A DNA stretch of 64,000 nt from an uncultured Bacilli bacterium (GTDB taxonomy: Bacteria > Bacillota_I > Bacilli_A > RF39 > UBA660). Where the stretch lies: NCBI GenBank assembly GCA_944363635.1, contig CALVUP010000004.1, positions 10,249 to 74,248 of the forward strand, written 5' to 3'. Positions within the stretch are counted from its first letter, which is position 1, and each line of letters starts with the position of its first letter. The notes under the pieces were generated by a model that did not search any database, had not been told where the DNA came from, and worked only from the letters and a program-made list of their open reading frames with translations. A program made the translations under genes and the position numbers. Positions 51,046-64,000 of this stretch are shown in pieces.

Positions 51046-51645
51046 TTACTTTATGAATGCGTTTCGGATTAAAACTCGGTTGGGACCACTTTTATCCTTA
51101 TTTTTAAATCCTTTAATAGTCCCTACAATGGTAATACGATCTCCTTCTTTATAAGAACTTAAGTCTATTTTTTGATCATATAGATAAACATCCATAGCAA
51201 AAGTATATTTATCATCAGGATCTATATTCTCAAACCTGAGAATTTTATTTTTATTATCGATAGCTACAATCGGTTCTGTAAACAACACATATTGATTATA
51301 GAAAGCATCGTAAGTGTTTTTGTTGTTGTCTATATACGCTACTGCGAAATCAAATAAATCAATTTTAATTGGCGTGTCTTCGTATTGTAAAGACCAAGGC
51401 CCTATTACGGTATCGTATCTTCCACCTTCTTCTCGATACTGAATCACTTTATAAAACAAACCATAGTATTCTTTGCTTTGATTTGAATACTCTTTTGTTT
51501 TGATTGCAAATATAGGGCCCGTGTTCATTTTAGTGACTAATGCAATATCAATTAAAGATAAAAAACAAACCACAACGACAATTAAAACAATATAACTTAT
51601 AACTTTTTTAATTTTATGTTTCTTTTTGGTTTCCTTTTTCTTCAT
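51046..51645 (-). CDS. Membrane-anchored hypothetical protein with probable C-terminal OB fold
   Basis: TM helix; KEGDRITIVGTIKG. Confidence 0.7.
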   Translation of the reverse strand: MKKKETKKKHKIKKVISYIVLIVVVVCFLSLIDIALVTKMNTGPIFAIKTKEYSNQSKEYYGLFYKVIQYREEGGRYDTVIGPWSLQYEDTPIKIDLFDFAVAYIDNNKNTYDAFYNQYVLFTEPIVAIDNKNKILRFENIDPDDKYTFAMDVYLYDQKIDLSSYKEGDRITIVGTIKGFKNKDKSGPNRVLIRNAFIK

Positions 51646-51649
51646 ACAA

Positions 51650-54249
<2,600 letters not shown>

Positions 54250-54299
54250 CGTTACCTCCTGTTGTCACATATAGAAAATATATTCTTTTTTCTTTTGTT

Positions 54300-56384
54300 T
54301 TATACTTTTTTTAAAGCTTTATGATTTTTCATCAATTTTTTAATTCCATAAGGATGTTTAAAAGCAATTGTTACTAATGTATTGGTCACTTCTAATACTC
54401 TTCCTTGCCCAAATACATCATGGTATACATAATCATTGACTTGATAATCCACATCTCCTTCATAGAATTTATCTTCTTTAATTATTTTTTCAGTTGCCTC
54501 TTTTTCCACTGGCTGATTCAAAAGTTCTGGATTAATTTCCTTTATAAATCGACTTGGTAAATTCACTTGTACTTGACCAAATAGCATTCTGCTACGAGCA
54601 TTTACAATATATAATTTTTCTTTTGCTCTAGTAATCGCTACATAGCAAAGTCTTCTTTCCTCTTCTAAATCGGCACTATTCATCATGGAATTGATATGTG
54701 GAAAAATCCCCTCTTCCATACCCACGATAAACACATAATTAAATTCAAGTCCTTTTACAGAGTGAACAGTCATTAAACTGACTCGATTGGTATCATCTTT
54801 ATATTCTTCAACATCCGAAATTAAACTAATTTCAAGTAAAAAGTCTTCAAGAGAAACAAGGCCTTCTCTTTCTTCAAAAGCTCTCGTAATGGATTTAAAT
54901 TCTTCTAAGTTTTCAAGACGAATATCAGCTTCTAAAGACTTTTCATCTTCTAATTCTTTCTTTAAACCCGTAACTTCTAAAGTTTTATCAATCAATTCTG
55001 TCAGTGTCGCATCTTTGGAAAACTCTCTTAATTTATCAATCTTTTCTTTAAAATCAAGCTCTTTTGCGCCTTTAATAGCTTCATAATAACTTACATGTTC
55101 TTTCTCTGCATCATCAATAATTTTTTGAATGGTTCTAAGACCTATTCCTCTTTTAGGGGTATTAATGACGCGCAAGAAACTTACATTATCTTTTGGGTTA
55201 TGAATTAATCTTAAATACGCAATTAAGTCTTTAATTTCTTTTCTGCTGTAGAAATAAAAACTTCCAACTACACGATAAGGCATATTCTCCTGTAGAAAAG
55301 CTTCTTCTAAATTTCTAGATTGGGCATTGGTGCGATATAAAACAGCAATTTCATCATAGGAGATTCCTTTATTTGCTAGTTTTTTGATTTCATTTACAAC
55401 ATACCTTGCCTCCGCTTTTTCATCATTTGCTTTATAGTATTCAATTTTTTCACCATTTCCTTTTTTAGACCAAAGATTTTTCTCCTTACGATTTTTATTG
55501 TTTCGAATAACACAATTTGCGGCATCCAATATCGTTTTTGTCGAACGATAATTTTCTTCTAAAAGAATCGTTTTACTTTCTGGATAATCTCTTTCAAAAT
55601 TTAAAATGTTTTTATAATTTGCTCCACGAAATCCATAAATCGCTTGATCATTATCGCCAACACAACAGATGTTTCGATATTTACTTGAAATCATTTTCGT
55701 TAAAACATATTGAGCTTCATTGGTATCTTGGTATTCATCAATTAAAATATATTTATATCTTTCTTGATACATTTCTAAAATTTGTTCATGTTCTTTAAAT
55801 AATTGAATAGGCAAAATTAATAAATCATCAAAATCAACCGAATTGTTTTCTTTTAATGTCTTTTCATATCTTGCAAAAACTTTTTGGACCACTTCTTCAT
55901 AATCACTAACTGCATATTTTTTATACTCTTCTGGAGTGATTAATTCATTTTTACAACTACTGATTTTGTTACGAATGGCTTTTGGATTATAGATTTTTGG
56001 ATCCAAGCCAATTGTTTTTAATATTTTTTTAATTACCGTAAGAGAATCATCACTATCAATAATTGTAAAATTAGATTCATATCCTAAATAATTGTAATTT
56101 TCTCTTAAAAGTTTTAAACCAAAACTATGAAAAGTAGAAATTTGAATATATTTAGCCGTATCTCCAATTAATCCATAAATTCTTTCTTTCATTTCTTTAG
56201 CTGCTTTATTGGTAAATGTAATTGCTAAAATATTATAAGGACTTACATCCAACTCATCAATCAAATAAGCGATTTTCGTTGTTAAGACTTTGGTTTTCCC
56301 TGATCCTGCTCCCGCCAATATTAAAAGAGGCCCCTCATTATATAAAACCGCCTCTTTTTGTTTGTCATTTAATCCTTCTATCAT
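54300..56384 (-). CDS. pcrA: ATP-dependent DNA helicase PcrA
   Basis: AGAGSGKT, TFTNKAA, DEYQD, KGLEF, EERRLCYVAITRA. Confidence 0.97.
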   Translation of the reverse strand: MIEGLNDKQKEAVLYNEGPLLILAGAGSGKTKVLTTKIAYLIDELDVSPYNILAITFTNKAAKEMKERIYGLIGDTAKYIQISTFHSFGLKLLRENYNYLGYESNFTIIDSDDSLTVIKKILKTIGLDPKIYNPKAIRNKISSCKNELITPEEYKKYAVSDYEEVVQKVFARYEKTLKENNSVDFDDLLILPIQLFKEHEQILEMYQERYKYILIDEYQDTNEAQYVLTKMISSKYRNICCVGDNDQAIYGFRGANYKNILNFERDYPESKTILLEENYRSTKTILDAANCVIRNNKNRKEKNLWSKKGNGEKIEYYKANDEKAEARYVVNEIKKLANKGISYDEIAVLYRTNAQSRNLEEAFLQENMPYRVVGSFYFYSRKEIKDLIAYLRLIHNPKDNVSFLRVINTPKRGIGLRTIQKIIDDAEKEHVSYYEAIKGAKELDFKEKIDKLREFSKDATLTELIDKTLEVTGLKKELEDEKSLEADIRLENLEEFKSITRAFEEREGLVSLEDFLLEISLISDVEEYKDDTNRVSLMTVHSVKGLEFNYVFIVGMEEGIFPHINSMMNSADLEEERRLCYVAITRAKEKLYIVNARSRMLFGQVQVNLPSRFIKEINPELLNQPVEKEATEKIIKEDKFYEGDVDYQVNDYVYHDVFGQGRVLEVTNTLVTIAFKHPYGIKKLMKNHKALKKV

Positions 56385-56465
56385 GTTATCACTACCTTTA
56401 TAAATCTATTTCTATTATACATGATATCTTAAAAAATTCCTATCTAAAAGTGAGAATTTTTTCGC

Positions 56466-56747
56466 CTATTTGAATAGATAGGCATGACTACCTGTTCTTG
56501 TCAATATCAGTTCTAAAGTATCATTATCAATCCTATAGATAAGCAACCAATCCGGCTCAATATGACATTCTCTTAATCCTCTGTATTTACCTAGTAAAGC
56601 ATGATCTTTATAAATAGGATCTAATTTCTTATTTTCTACTAAACAGGAAATAACCTTTTTTAATTTATCCATAGCAAATCCCTGCTTTTTTATTTTTACA
56701 AAATCCTTTTTAAATTGCTTAGTTACAACAATGGCTAATCTTCCCAT
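56466..56747 (-). CDS. yafQ: YafQ family mRNA interferase toxin
   Basis: FKKD, DHAL.G...RECHIEPDWLLIY, RTGSH. Confidence 0.93.
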   Translation of the reverse strand: MGRLAIVVTKQFKKDFVKIKKQGFAMDKLKKVISCLVENKKLDPIYKDHALLGKYRGLRECHIEPDWLLIYRIDNDTLELILTRTGSHAYLFK

Positions 56748-57010
56748 TTTTCAGCATCCTCAAACATTTCATCCACAGTACTGTATTGTTTAGAATCTTC
56801 TGCGATCATATAGCTTTCCTTAATCGCCTTTTTTGTTTCCTCATTATAATCCTCATATTTTAAATTAAAAGGGACTCCATGTTCTATACATATTTTTTTT
56901 AAATACATATTTATAGCAACACTCATTGTAATTCCTAAACCATTTAATATTGTTTCTGCTTCTTGTTTTATATCTTTATTTACTCTTACATGTAATACTG
57001 TATCTTTCAT
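56735..57010 (-). CDS. dinJ: DinJ/RelB family antitoxin
   Basis: VRVNKDIKQEAE.IL..LG...S.AIN......GVPF. Confidence 0.9.
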   Translation of the reverse strand: MKDTVLHVRVNKDIKQEAETILNGLGITMSVAINMYLKKICIEHGVPFNLKYEDYNEETKKAIKESYMIAEDSKQYSTVDEMFEDAEKWED

Positions 57011-57026
57011 AATAGTCACCCATATT

Positions 57027-57052
57027 CATTGTATCACAAATGTGATACAATG
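57027..57052. promoter_or_regulatory. Palindromic operator of the dinJ-yafQ promoter
   Basis: CATTGTATCACA-aa-TGTGATACAATG perfect 12-bp inverted repeat covering the -10. Confidence 0.8.
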
Positions 57053-57274
57053 TGCAATTTCAATTTTTAATTAAAGCTAAATTTTACATAAAAAAAGAAA
57101 CAACTTAGTTTCTTACATCGATCTTGCTAATTTTCGTTTTACTTTTGTGTTTTTCTTGCATCTATATTTGATATATTCGTTCATATAGGAATTGCCCTTT
57201 CATACAGCAAATTTCATTATATTTGTTATACACAGTTTACTTGTAGAAGTCAAAAAAAAGACTTTATTCAAGTC

Positions 57275-57643
57275 TTATTTTTCTTCTTTTGCTTCTGCTT
57301 TATCTACTAGTTCTAAAATTACCATTAAAGCGTCGTCCCCACGTCTTTCTGTTAATTTTAAAATTCGAGTATAGCCACCTTTTCTATTTTCAAATCTTTT
57401 TGCTAAATCGTTGAAAATTTTATTTACAACTTCTTTGTCATTACGTACAATTGCTAGAGCTTTTCTTCTGGCAACTAAACTACCATCTTTTCCGTATGTA
57501 ATTAATTTATCTACAAGTTTTCTTGTTTCTTTGGCTCTAGTTTCAGTAGTTTGAATACTTTCGTTCATAATAACAGCAATCGCTTGGTTCGCAAGTAAAC
57601 TTTTTCTATGTTTACAAGTACGTCCTAATTTTCTGTATGCCAT
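57275..57643 (-). CDS. rplQ: 50S ribosomal protein L17
   Basis: YRKLGR, GGYTRI..RRGD. Confidence 0.98.
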   Translation of the reverse strand: MAYRKLGRTCKHRKSLLANQAIAVIMNESIQTTETRAKETRKLVDKLITYGKDGSLVARRKALAIVRNDKEVVNKIFNDLAKRFENRKGGYTRILKLTERRGDDALMVILELVDKAEAKEEK

Positions 57644-57661
57644 TTTTCTTCCTCCTTACTA

Positions 57662-58612
57662 TTAATCATCATCACGTAATTCTAAACCTAATTCTTTAAC
57701 CTTATCAAGAACTTCTTTCAAAGATTTTCTACCTAGGTTACGAATTTTCATCATTTCAGCTTCGCTTTTATTTACTAAGTCTTGTAAATTATGGATACCA
57801 GCACGTTTTAAACAATTATAAGCACGAACAGAGAAATCTAAATCCTCAATTGTTGTTACTAATGCTTTTGTTTTTGGATCTTCTGTTTTTTCAACCATCA
57901 TACCCGTTACATCTGCAATTTTATTTGTATCTGCAACTAAATTGAAATGTTCAATTAAAATTCGAGCACCTAATGCAATGGCTTCTTCTGGTTTCATCGA
58001 ACCATCTGTCCATACTTCTAAGATTAATTTATCATAATTTTCATCTTGTCCAACACGAGCATCTTCTACTTCGTAAGAAACTCTTTCAATTGGAGAATAT
58101 AATGAATCGATAGCAATAACTCCATTTTTTCTTGTTTCAAGTAATTTTTTATTTTCTTCACTTCTTACATATCCACGACCATTGGTAATTGTCATTTCAA
58201 TATTTAATTTTCCACCTTTTGCAAGATGAGCAATGACTTTATCTGGATTTATAATTTCGATATCAGCATCTCTATCAATATCTCCAGCAGTAACAACACC
58301 TTCTTGATCGGCATGAAGTCTTACAACTTTAGGCTCTGCAGAATGATTTTTTACAACAACACCTTTCAAATTTAAAATAATTGTTGTAACATCTTCTCTT
58401 ACACCTTCAATCGTTTGGAACTCATGTTGTACGCCATCAATACGAATACTACTAATAGCAGAACCTGGTAAAGAAGATAACAATACTCTTCTTAATGCAT
58501 TTCCGATTGTAGTACCAAAACCTCTTTCAAGGGGTTCTAATTCAAACTTTCCATAAAAGTTACTTTCAATATTTTCTACGATTTTATAATTTGGTTTTTC
58601 GAATTCTATCAT
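57662..58612 (-). CDS. rpoA: RNA polymerase alpha subunit
   Basis: [29 protein letters not shown]. Confidence 0.99.
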   Translation of the reverse strand: MIEFEKPNYKIVENIESNFYGKFELEPLERGFGTTIGNALRRVLLSSLPGSAISSIRIDGVQHEFQTIEGVREDVTTIILNLKGVVVKNHSAEPKVVRLHADQEGVVTAGDIDRDADIEIINPDKVIAHLAKGGKLNIEMTITNGRGYVRSEENKKLLETRKNGVIAIDSLYSPIERVSYEVEDARVGQDENYDKLILEVWTDGSMKPEEAIALGARILIEHFNLVADTNKIADVTGMMVEKTEDPKTKALVTTIEDLDFSVRAYNCLKRAGIHNLQDLVNKSEAEMMKIRNLGRKSLKEVLDKVKELGLELRDDD

Positions 58613-58628
58613 AAATTAACCTCCTATT

Positions 58629-59012
58629 TTATCCACGTGGACGCTTTGGTGGGCGACATCCGTTATGTGGGATTGGTGTTACATCACTAATGGTCGTTAC
58701 TTCTAACCCCGCTGTTTGTAATGAACGAATCGCAGTTTCACGTCCTGGACCTAATCCTTTTACCTTAACTTCTACTTTACGCATTCCTAAATCAAAAGCA
58801 GCTTTACCAGCAGCTTCTGCGGCAATTCCTGCAGCAAAAGGTGTTGATTTTTTACTACCTTTATATCCGATTGCACCACTAGATGCCCAGCTAACTACAT
58901 TTCCTTCTTTATCTGTGATGGTAGTAATCGTATTATTGAATGTGGAATGAATATGAGCTATTCCTTCAGGAACATTCTTTTTTACTTTTCTTTTTCTTGT
59001 CTTATAAGCCAT
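58629..59012 (-). CDS. rpsK: 30S ribosomal protein S11
   Basis: [20 protein letters not shown]. Confidence 0.99.
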   Translation of the reverse strand: MAYKTRKRKVKKNVPEGIAHIHSTFNNTITTITDKEGNVVSWASSGAIGYKGSKKSTPFAAGIAAEAAGKAAFDLGMRKVEVKVKGLGPGRETAIRSLQTAGLEVTTISDVTPIPHNGCRPPKRPRG

Positions 59013-59041
59013 AGTTTAACCTCCTTTTTCTATATTAAACC

Positions 59042-59407
59042 TTATTTCTTTTTGTTTGCTACAGTCTTACCTTTTCCTTTACGAGTACGAGCATTTCTAC
59101 TTGTTCTTTGTCCTCTTACAGGTAATCCTTTTTTATGACGAGTTCCTTGATATGAGTTAATTTCCATCTTTGTTTTGATGTTCATATTAACTTCACGTCT
59201 TAAATCTCCTTCAATTAGTTTATCATCTAATTGTATACGAATATTCGCTAATTCTTCTTCTGATAAATCTTTAACTCTCTTATCAGAATCCACTTTAGCT
59301 GCTTTTAAAATCGTATTTGATAAACTTCTTCCTACACCGTAAATATAAGTTAATGCAATTTCAACCCTTTTATTATCAGGTACATCTACACCTTTTATAC
59401 GTGCCAT
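59042..59407 (-). CDS. rpsM: 30S ribosomal protein S13
   Basis: [24 protein letters not shown]. Confidence 0.99.
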   Translation of the reverse strand: MARIKGVDVPDNKRVEIALTYIYGVGRSLSNTILKAAKVDSDKRVKDLSEEELANIRIQLDDKLIEGDLRREVNMNIKTKMEINSYQGTRHKKGLPVRGQRTSRNARTRKGKGKTVANKKK

Positions 59408-59422
59408 TTCTTACACCTCCTA

Positions 59423-59536
59423 TTACCCTTGTCTTTGTTTGTGTTTTGGATTTTCACAAATAACCATAACTTTTCCATTACGTCTAATTATTTTACATTT
59501 TGCGCACATCTTTTTTACTGATGGTCTGACTTTCAT
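59423..59536 (-). CDS. rpmJ: 50S ribosomal protein L36 (not in the ORF track)
   Basis: [37 protein letters not shown]. Confidence 0.98.
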   Translation of the reverse strand: MKVRPSVKKMCAKCKIIRRNGKVMVICENPKHKQRQG

Positions 59537-59549
59537 ATTATCCCTCCTA

Positions 59550-59765
59550 TTATTTCCTATAGGTTATTCGCCCACGTGTTAAATCATAAGGCGATAGTTC
59601 TAGCATTACAGTATCCCCTGGTAAGATGCGAATGTAATTCATTCGGATTTTACCAGAAACGTGAGCTTCTACCATATGTCCATTTTCCAGTTGTACTTTG
59701 AATTTGCCACCTGGTAAAATTTCTAGAACTTTTCCTTCTACTTCAATTGTATCATTTTTTGCCAT
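59550..59765 (-). CDS. infA: Translation initiation factor IF-1
   Basis: [18 protein letters not shown]...[10 protein letters not shown]. Confidence 0.99.
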   Translation of the reverse strand: MAKNDTIEVEGKVLEILPGGKFKVQLENGHMVEAHVSGKIRMNYIRILPGDTVMLELSPYDLTRGRITYRK

Positions 59766-60516
59766 CTTTCCACTCTCCTGTTAAAATTTCGTATCCATCC
59801 TTAGTCACGACTATAGTATGTTCAAAATGAGCTGATGGAGAATTGTCATACGTTTCTATAGTCCAATCGTTATCTAATATGCAAATTTCAGGACTTCCAA
59901 GTGTTAACATAGGTTCCACTGCAAGAACCATTCCTTCTCTTAAGAGTGGTCCTGTATGAGGATGCCCATAATTTGGAACTTCTGGATCTTCATGAACACT
60001 CGTTCCAACGCCATGTCCTACCAATTCTTTTACAACACCTAAGTGATGCTTTTTTGCGTATTGTTCTATAGCGTATCCGATATCACCGATTCTATTTCCT
60101 GGACGTACTTGCCTCAAGCCTTCATATAAAGACTTTTCTGTATGATACATCAGATATTCTTTTCTTTCATCAATTGAACCAACTTTATAAGTCCAAGCCG
60201 AATCTCCATGATAACCTTTATAGCAGGCTCCAATATCAATTGATATGATATCGCCATTTTTTAGTTTTCTATCATCTGGAATTCCATGTACAACTTCTTG
60301 ATTAATACTTGTACAAAGTGCCGCAGGGAATCCTTCGTATCCTTTGAAAGAAGGTGTCGCTCCTTTGGAACGAATAAAATCTTCTGCTAATTTATCCAAC
60401 TGTTTTGTTGTAATCCCTTCTTTTAGAAAACCTTTTAAATATTGATGAGTTTGATAGACAATATTTCCAGCAATTCGTAATAATTCAATTTCTCTTTCAC
60501 TTTTAATAGTAATCAA
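59752..60516 (-). CDS. map: Methionine aminopeptidase (TTG start)
   Basis: [22 protein letters not shown]. Confidence 0.97.
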   Translation of the reverse strand: MITIKSEREIELLRIAGNIVYQTHQYLKGFLKEGITTKQLDKLAEDFIRSKGATPSFKGYEGFPAALCTSINQEVVHGIPDDRKLKNGDIISIDIGACYKGYHGDSAWTYKVGSIDERKEYLMYHTEKSLYEGLRQVRPGNRIGDIGYAIEQYAKKHHLGVVKELVGHGVGTSVHEDPEVPNYGHPHTGPLLREGMVLAVEPMLTLGSPEICILDNDWTIETYDNSPSAHFEHTIVVTKDGYEILTGEWKDGKK

Positions 60517-60529
60517 TCAAATCCCTCTT

Positions 60530-61183
60530 TTACTTTTCAATGATTTTTAGAACTTGTTGTAAAGTGTATTCTGGATCTTTTGAACTATCGACCTTATACA
60601 AAACACCTTTGTTTGTATAAAAATCAATTAATGGAGCTGTTTTTTCTAAATACGTATTGTATCTATTTTCAAAAGCTTCTTCATTATCATCACTACGTTG
60701 ATAGATTTTTCCTCCACACTTATCACAAATTCCTTCTACTTTAGGTTGCATACCGTTTGATGAAATATGATAAATGGCACCACAATCTTTACATACACGT
60801 CTTCCTGTTGCACGCATTTTCAACATTTCCTTTGGTATTTCGAGTTCAATAACACAACCTAAATCCATATTTAACTTTTCTAATATTTCGTCATATTTTT
60901 TTGCTTGTTCAATATTTCTTGGAAAACCATCTAAAATATAACCATTCTTACAATCTTCTTCTTGTAATCTTCTTTCTAAAAGCTCATAAATGATCTCATC
61001 GGTTACAAGCATTCCTTGAGCCATCATGTCTGAAATTTTTTTAGCAAGTGTATCTTGTTTTTTTGTTGCATCTCTAAGTAAATCTCCTGTTGAAATATGA
61101 GCAAGATTGTATTTTTCTTTTAACGCTTTTGCAAGTGTTCCCTTACCTGCTGCTGGAGCAGCTAATAAAATTATATTTTTCAT
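60530..61183 (-). CDS. adk: Adenylate kinase
   Basis: APAAGKGT, HISTGD, LDGFPR, Zn-binding lid. Confidence 0.97.
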   Translation of the reverse strand: MKNIILLAAPAAGKGTLAKALKEKYNLAHISTGDLLRDATKKQDTLAKKISDMMAQGMLVTDEIIYELLERRLQEEDCKNGYILDGFPRNIEQAKKYDEILEKLNMDLGCVIELEIPKEMLKMRATGRRVCKDCGAIYHISSNGMQPKVEGICDKCGGKIYQRSDDNEEAFENRYNTYLEKTAPLIDFYTNKGVLYKVDSSKDPEYTLQQVLKIIEK

Positions 61184-62448
61184 CTTCTTCTTTGGTACCC
61201 TTTCTTATAATTTCTTGCAAGTAAGCTTCCTTCTAATTGTTTATAAGTTTCTAAAGCAACACCTACAACAATTAGTAATCCAGTTCCTCCAATACTTACA
61301 GAACTATCTAACTTTGTAACTGCACTAAATAGAATAGGTAATCCTGCTAAAACAACTAGGAATAAAGCTCCTACAATTGTAATTCTTGATAATACTTTTG
61401 ATATATATTTTTCTGTTTCTTTGCCAGGTCTTATTCCTGGTATATAACCACCATTATCTTGTAAATTTTTAGCCATTTCATCTGGTTTTAATTGAATAAA
61501 TGTATAAAAATATGCAAAGAATATTATAAATATTACATATAAACAAAATCCTACAGGAGTTGTATACATAATATAATTATTCACAAAATTTGTAAATCCT
61601 TCATTCCCGATAAATTGAGCAATTGTTGCTGGTATTGCAATTAAGCTGGAAGCAAAAATTACGGGAATTACATTCGCAGAATTTAATTTAATTGGCATAA
61701 ATTGTTGTTTTGTCATTGAAACGGTTGATTTGTTTGCATATTGAATTGGAATTCTTCTTTCAGCTTCTTGTACATAGATGACTCCTATTACAATTAAGAA
61801 GTATACGATAACAAAGGCTGCGAATTTTAATATTCCTGTAACCGTTTCTCCGGTTGTCCCAATCGTAACCAATCCATTAAAAGCTGTTACAAACATTTGT
61901 GGTAATGTGGCAATGATACCTGCCATAATGATTAATGATACACCATTTCCGATTCCTTTTTGACTGATTTGATCACCTAACCATAATAGGAAAGCTGTTC
62001 CAGCGGTTAAAATGATGGCAATATAGATATGTTCAAAAGTTGAAATTGTTTTTCCAAGATAAGCATATGAGAAAGCAAAACCTTCAATAAAAGCAAAAGC
62101 TATACCCATATATCTTGTAATTTGATTTAATTTTTGCCTACCTACATGTCCTTGATTTTTAAGTTCTGTAAAATAAGGAATGATATCCATTTGTAATAAT
62201 TGCATAATGATGGATGCTGTGATATAAGGCATAACGCCTAAACCAAAAATTGAAAACCTTTTTAAAGCTCCACCACCCATTGCATTCATAAGTTCAAGGA
62301 ATCCTAAACTTCCTGTTAAATCTTGTGTACCTGGCACACGGATATTTGTACCAATAATAAATATAATTAATATACCAAGTGTGAATAAGATTCGTTTTCT
62401 TAAATCTTTATTCGTTTTTGAAAATATTTGCTTTAAGGGTGCAAACAT
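61180..62448 (-). CDS. secY: Preprotein translocase SecY
   Basis: LGVMPYITASII, GIGNG.S, IPGIRPG, GGTGLLIVVGV. Confidence 0.98.
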   Translation of the reverse strand: MFAPLKQIFSKTNKDLRKRILFTLGILIIFIIGTNIRVPGTQDLTGSLGFLELMNAMGGGALKRFSIFGLGVMPYITASIIMQLLQMDIIPYFTELKNQGHVGRQKLNQITRYMGIAFAFIEGFAFSYAYLGKTISTFEHIYIAIILTAGTAFLLWLGDQISQKGIGNGVSLIIMAGIIATLPQMFVTAFNGLVTIGTTGETVTGILKFAAFVIVYFLIVIGVIYVQEAERRIPIQYANKSTVSMTKQQFMPIKLNSANVIPVIFASSLIAIPATIAQFIGNEGFTNFVNNYIMYTTPVGFCLYVIFIIFFAYFYTFIQLKPDEMAKNLQDNGGYIPGIRPGKETEKYISKVLSRITIVGALFLVVLAGLPILFSAVTKLDSSVSIGGTGLLIVVGVALETYKQLEGSLLARNYKKGYQRRR

Positions 62449-62450
62449 AA

Positions 62451-62894
62451 CTAGATCACCTCAGCTTTACTTCCTGATTCGTTAATCTTTTCTAGCGCAC
62501 TCTTTGAAAATTTATGTGCTTGAATAGTTAATTTCTTCTCTAATTTTCCACTACCCAACACTTTTATTCCATCTAATTGTTGTTTAACCATTCCTACTTC
62601 TTTTAATAAAGCAGGTGTTACTGTTGTACCTTCATCAAATACATTTAAATCTTCTACATTGATTACTGCATATCTCGTTTTAAACATTGCATTACTAAAT
62701 CCTCTTTTTGGAAGTCTTCTGTATAAAGGTAATTGTCCACCTTCGAATACAGGTCTAACTCCTCCACCTGATCTTGCATTTTGACCTTTGTGTCCTTTTC
62801 CACTTGTTTTTCCTAATCCACTACCTGGACCTCTACCAACTCTTTTTTTGTTTTGTTTTGCTCCAGGATTCATTTGTAATTCATGTAATTTCAT
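62451..62894 (-). CDS. rplO: 50S ribosomal protein L15
   Basis: [28 protein letters not shown]. Confidence 0.99.
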   Translation of the reverse strand: MKLHELQMNPGAKQNKKRVGRGPGSGLGKTSGKGHKGQNARSGGGVRPVFEGGQLPLYRRLPKRGFSNAMFKTRYAVINVEDLNVFDEGTTVTPALLKEVGMVKQQLDGIKVLGSGKLEKKLTIQAHKFSKSALEKINESGSKAEVI

Positions 62895-63403
62895 TATCCT
62901 AAAATCTCCTCTACTGTTTTTCCACGAAGTTTTGCAACTTCTTCTGGGGTTTTAATTTGTTGTAATGCATTAATTGTAGCAGCAGCCATGTTTGCTGTTG
63001 TTCTTGATCCAAGTGATTTTGATACAATGTCTTTGATTCCTGCAAGTTCTAATACGGCACGAACAGATCCTCCAGCAATTACTCCGTTACCAGCAGCAGC
63101 AGGTTTAATCATAACTCTTGCAGCCCCTTGTCTTCCGATTGCTTCATGAGCGATTGTTCTTCCGTCTGTTAAAGGTATAGTAACGATATTTTTTGTTGCA
63201 GCTTGTATAGCTTTTTTAATTGCATCAGGTACTTCATTGGCTTTTCCGATACCTAATCCAACTTTTCCTTTTTTGTCTCCAACAACTACAGTAGCAGAGA
63301 ATCTACGTTGACGACCACCTTCCGTTACTTTTGTAACACCCTTGATTTCAACAACGATTTCTTCTAATGTTTTTTCTTTTGGAGCCATTTTTCTTTTTTG
63401 CAT
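62894..63403 (-). CDS. rpsE: 30S ribosomal protein S5
   Basis: [31 protein letters not shown]. Confidence 0.98.
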   Translation of the reverse strand: MQKRKMAPKEKTLEEIVVEIKGVTKVTEGGRQRRFSATVVVGDKKGKVGLGIGKANEVPDAIKKAIQAATKNIVTIPLTDGRTIAHEAIGRQGAARVMIKPAAAGNGVIAGGSVRAVLELAGIKDIVSKSLGSRTTANMAAATINALQQIKTPEEVAKLRGKTVEEILG

Positions 63404-63416
63404 AAATACCCTCCTA

Positions 63417-63770
63417 TTAGAATTCTAATCCTTTGTTACGTGCAGCATCTGCTAAAGCTTCTACACGTCCATGATATTGGTATCCACCTCTATCAAATAC
63501 TACTTTTTTAATTCCTGCTTTGCTTGCTCTTTCTGCAATCGTTTCTCCAACTTTTGTTGCTGTTTCTTTGTTGTTTGCTTTAAGCTTTAACTCTAAAGAT
63601 GAAGCAGAAACTAGTGTAGTACCATTTTCATCATCAATGATCTGCGCATAAATGTTAGAGTTTGAACGATAAACGCATAGTCTTGGTACTGCTGTTGTTC
63701 CAAAAACTTTTGCTCTTACCCTAGCATGTCTAACTTCACGCATACTATTACGAGATTCTTTTTTTATCAT
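63417..63770 (-). CDS. rplR: 50S ribosomal protein L18
   Basis: [21 protein letters not shown]. Confidence 0.99.
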   Translation of the reverse strand: MIKKESRNSMREVRHARVRAKVFGTTAVPRLCVYRSNSNIYAQIIDDENGTTLVSASSLELKLKANNKETATKVGETIAERASKAGIKKVVFDRGGYQYHGRVEALADAARNKGLEF

Positions 63771-63793
63771 AAAAACTTTCTCCCTTCTACTTA

Positions 63794-64000
63794 TTAAGCA
63801 GCTTTCTTTCCTTCTTTACGACGAATATATTCATCTTTATAACGAATACCTTTTCCCTTATAAGGTTCAGGCTGTCTTACTTTTCTTACATTGGCAGCAA
63901 ATTCGCCTACTAAAACTTTATCAATTCCTTTGATTGTAATTTCGGTATTTCCATTTGCTTCTACTGTTAATCCATTAGGAATATCAAGTTCAACTGGATG
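63794..64000 (-). CDS. rplF: 50S ribosomal protein L6 (3' part; start outside window)
   Basis: ...[24 protein letters not shown]. Confidence 0.97.
   Translation of the reverse strand, partial: HPVELDIPNGLTVEANGNTEITIKGIDKVLVGEFAANVRKVRQPEPYKGKGIRYKDEYIRRKEGKKAA

Overview
AT-rich chromosomal window from a reduced-genome but walled, apparently spore-forming Firmicute. It resembles the uncultured gut Bacilli of the RF39 type; this is inferred from gene content only. Most genes are on the minus strand. The core backbone comprises cdsA-uppS, deoD, gltX with a T-box leader, murD, scpA-scpB, pcrA, ligA and the distal spc/alpha ribosomal operon (rplF to rplQ), which lacks rpmD. Sporulation genes include spoIIAA-sigF-spoVAC/D/E with no spoIIAB between spoIIAA and sigF, plus dacF, spoIID and two small Coat F-like genes, with recognisable sigG-type promoters and Spo0A-box-like sites. 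Also present are two ABC exporter operons with their regulators, a class B sortase with an adjacent NPNT-motif substrate, a BspA-type LRR protein, a DinJ-YafQ toxin-antitoxin pair, tRNA-Glu(CTC) and tRNA-Leu(CAA). Scattered between core genes is a set of orphan genes with toxin/effector-like motifs. These include a tandem array of three intact and one decayed ADP-ribosyltransferase-like paralogs between gltX and tRNA-Glu, a papain-like + ART-like gene pair, transglutaminase-like genes and a broken nucleotidyltransferase; many end in Lys-rich tails. One orphan is bracketed by a 34-bp near-perfect duplication of the scpA promoter/RBS/start codon. No CRISPR array, rRNA, integrase or transposase was seen. 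All family assignments come from motif reading by eye, not database searches.
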